Shown here: positions 63,050-64,000 of the stretch, in pieces
Numbering within the stretch: position 1 is the stretch's first letter
Layout: each line of letters starts with the position of its first letter
Assembly: GCF_002105155.1 (NCBI RefSeq)
Contig: NW_019029020.1
Location: 310,001-374,000, forward strand
Source: Lobosporangium transversale
Lineage: Eukaryota
Direction of reading: 5' to 3'
DNA: 64,000 nt
Made by a program: the position numbers and the translations under genes
Notes under the pieces: model-generated
Database searches by the model: none
What the model saw: only the letters and a program-made list of their open reading frames with translations
Told to the model about the DNA's origin: nothing

Positions 63050-64000
63050 CTAGTTATAGACATAGAATAATTGAATGTTCAAATCTGAAACAACTTCAAA
63101 CCTCATCCTGCCCTGCGGTCCTGCTTGTACATTCAGAAACTCTCCATCGACACAAAGACGACCCACCCCGGAAGATTCAAATTCAACAGCCTTAACTTTG
63201 TAGTACTCTACTTTTTCCATCTCAATATGCTTTCCTTCCTTGGCTGCAGCGCCCAGTATCTTCAAAATTTGAGTACGACCTACATTCTGGACAGCCAACA
63301 CATCCAGCCATTCGTCAGACGTCCTTGCAAGTGGTGTCGGTTGAAACCCTGTCTCCAGTGAGCCCTGCTTTGTGAACATAAGATATGTAAATGGTCCTGA
63401 TAGCGTCAATGAAGGCTCAGTTGAGACAACGCGGCTGTTAACATGGGTAGCTGAAGAAAATTCCTTTGAGGATCGATCGTATCGCTGAACAGGACCATAG
63501 AAATCCACACGCGCCCTGTACTGCTTTAGTATAACAATATTCTTGAGAGTGGCAACCTTAAATCGTTCATTACCTAGAAAACGAAATCCGTCGGCATCAT
63601 GCACTGTTGCGCAATGGAGGCCGAAGCTGTTGACAACGACTGTGTACACATGAGGCTCCCAGCGGGGAGGTACGGACGAGAGTAAATGCCCATTGTTATT
63701 GTTCGCCGAATCCGTTTTTACAGCTTCATGTGCTTGCTTGGAGACTTGAATAACACGTAATGGTGTAGAATTACCAGCGAGGAACCGGTCGACCGCAGTT
63801 TGAACTGTAGTAATATTTAGACTTGTTGCGATAGCATTCCCTGTTCCTGTTGGTACCACCGAGAGTACTACCTTGGGTCTGAATACATCTGTGATCAATG
63901 GACTTTCTACCAAGCCAGTAAGGATACCATTCACTATCTCATGTACGGTCCCATCTCCGCCTAACACCATGATACGGAGCGTTGCACTCGAGGAGTGTAC
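63050..64000 (-). CDS. Diacylglycerol/sphingosine kinase catalytic-domain protein, 5' end outside the window
   Basis: IMVLGGDGTVHEIVNG, VVPTGTGNAIA and LCVDGE are DAGK_cat/sphingosine kinase motifs. Confidence 0.9.
   Translation of the reverse strand, partial: VHSSSATLRIMVLGGDGTVHEIVNGILTGLVESPLITDVFRPKVVLSVVPTGTGNAIATSLNITTVQTAVDRFLAGNSTPLRVIQVSKQAHEAVKTDSANNNNGHLLSSVPPRWEPHVYTVVVNSFGLHCATVHDADGFRFLGNERFKVATLKNIVILKQYRARVDFYGPVQRYDRSSKEFSSATHVNSRVVSTEPSLTLSGPFTYLMFTKQGSLETGFQPTPLARTSDEWLDVLAVQNVGRTQILKILGAAAKEGKHIEMEKVEYYKVKAVEFESSGVGRLCVDGEFLNVQAGPQGRMRFEVVSDLNIQLFYVYN

Overview
This window is gene-dense, intron-rich eukaryotic DNA. Its GT/GC-AG introns, long poly-A/T tracts and F-box/LRR and BTB families suggest an early-diverging fungus, probably Mortierellaceae (an inference). 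I can reconstruct about 20 protein-coding loci: frequenin/NCS-1, a Mei2-like RRM protein, PHAF1/UPF0183, cullin-3, a SPIDR-like protein, a thioredoxin-SHP-UBX fusion, Sec2, GRASP/Grh1, TMEM97, a Ser-rich orphan, an Arc1/EMAP-II-type tRNA-binding protein, Met30/SconB, prohibitin-1, an importin-13-like karyopherin, an F-box/LRR pseudogene, a cytochrome P450, an F-box/LRR protein, a BTB protein, a RhoGAP-like protein and a partial DAG/sphingosine kinase. There is also one complete IS630-Tc1-mariner DNA transposon (4188-6528; TA duplication, TIRs, intact transposase with unusual DD87E spacing). The best candidates for something undescribed are: (i) a catalytic WCGPC thioredoxin fused to an SHP box and a UBX domain, a putative redox-active Cdc48/p97 adaptor; (ii) the DD87E transposon, whose transposase carries SIM-like and CDK-site tails; (iii) a fungal SPIDR-like OB-fold gene; (iv) a GC-rich, hairpin-rich unexplained island between Met30 and PHB1, and a structured long PHB1 intron. 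Exon boundaries were inferred by hand and no searches were run.
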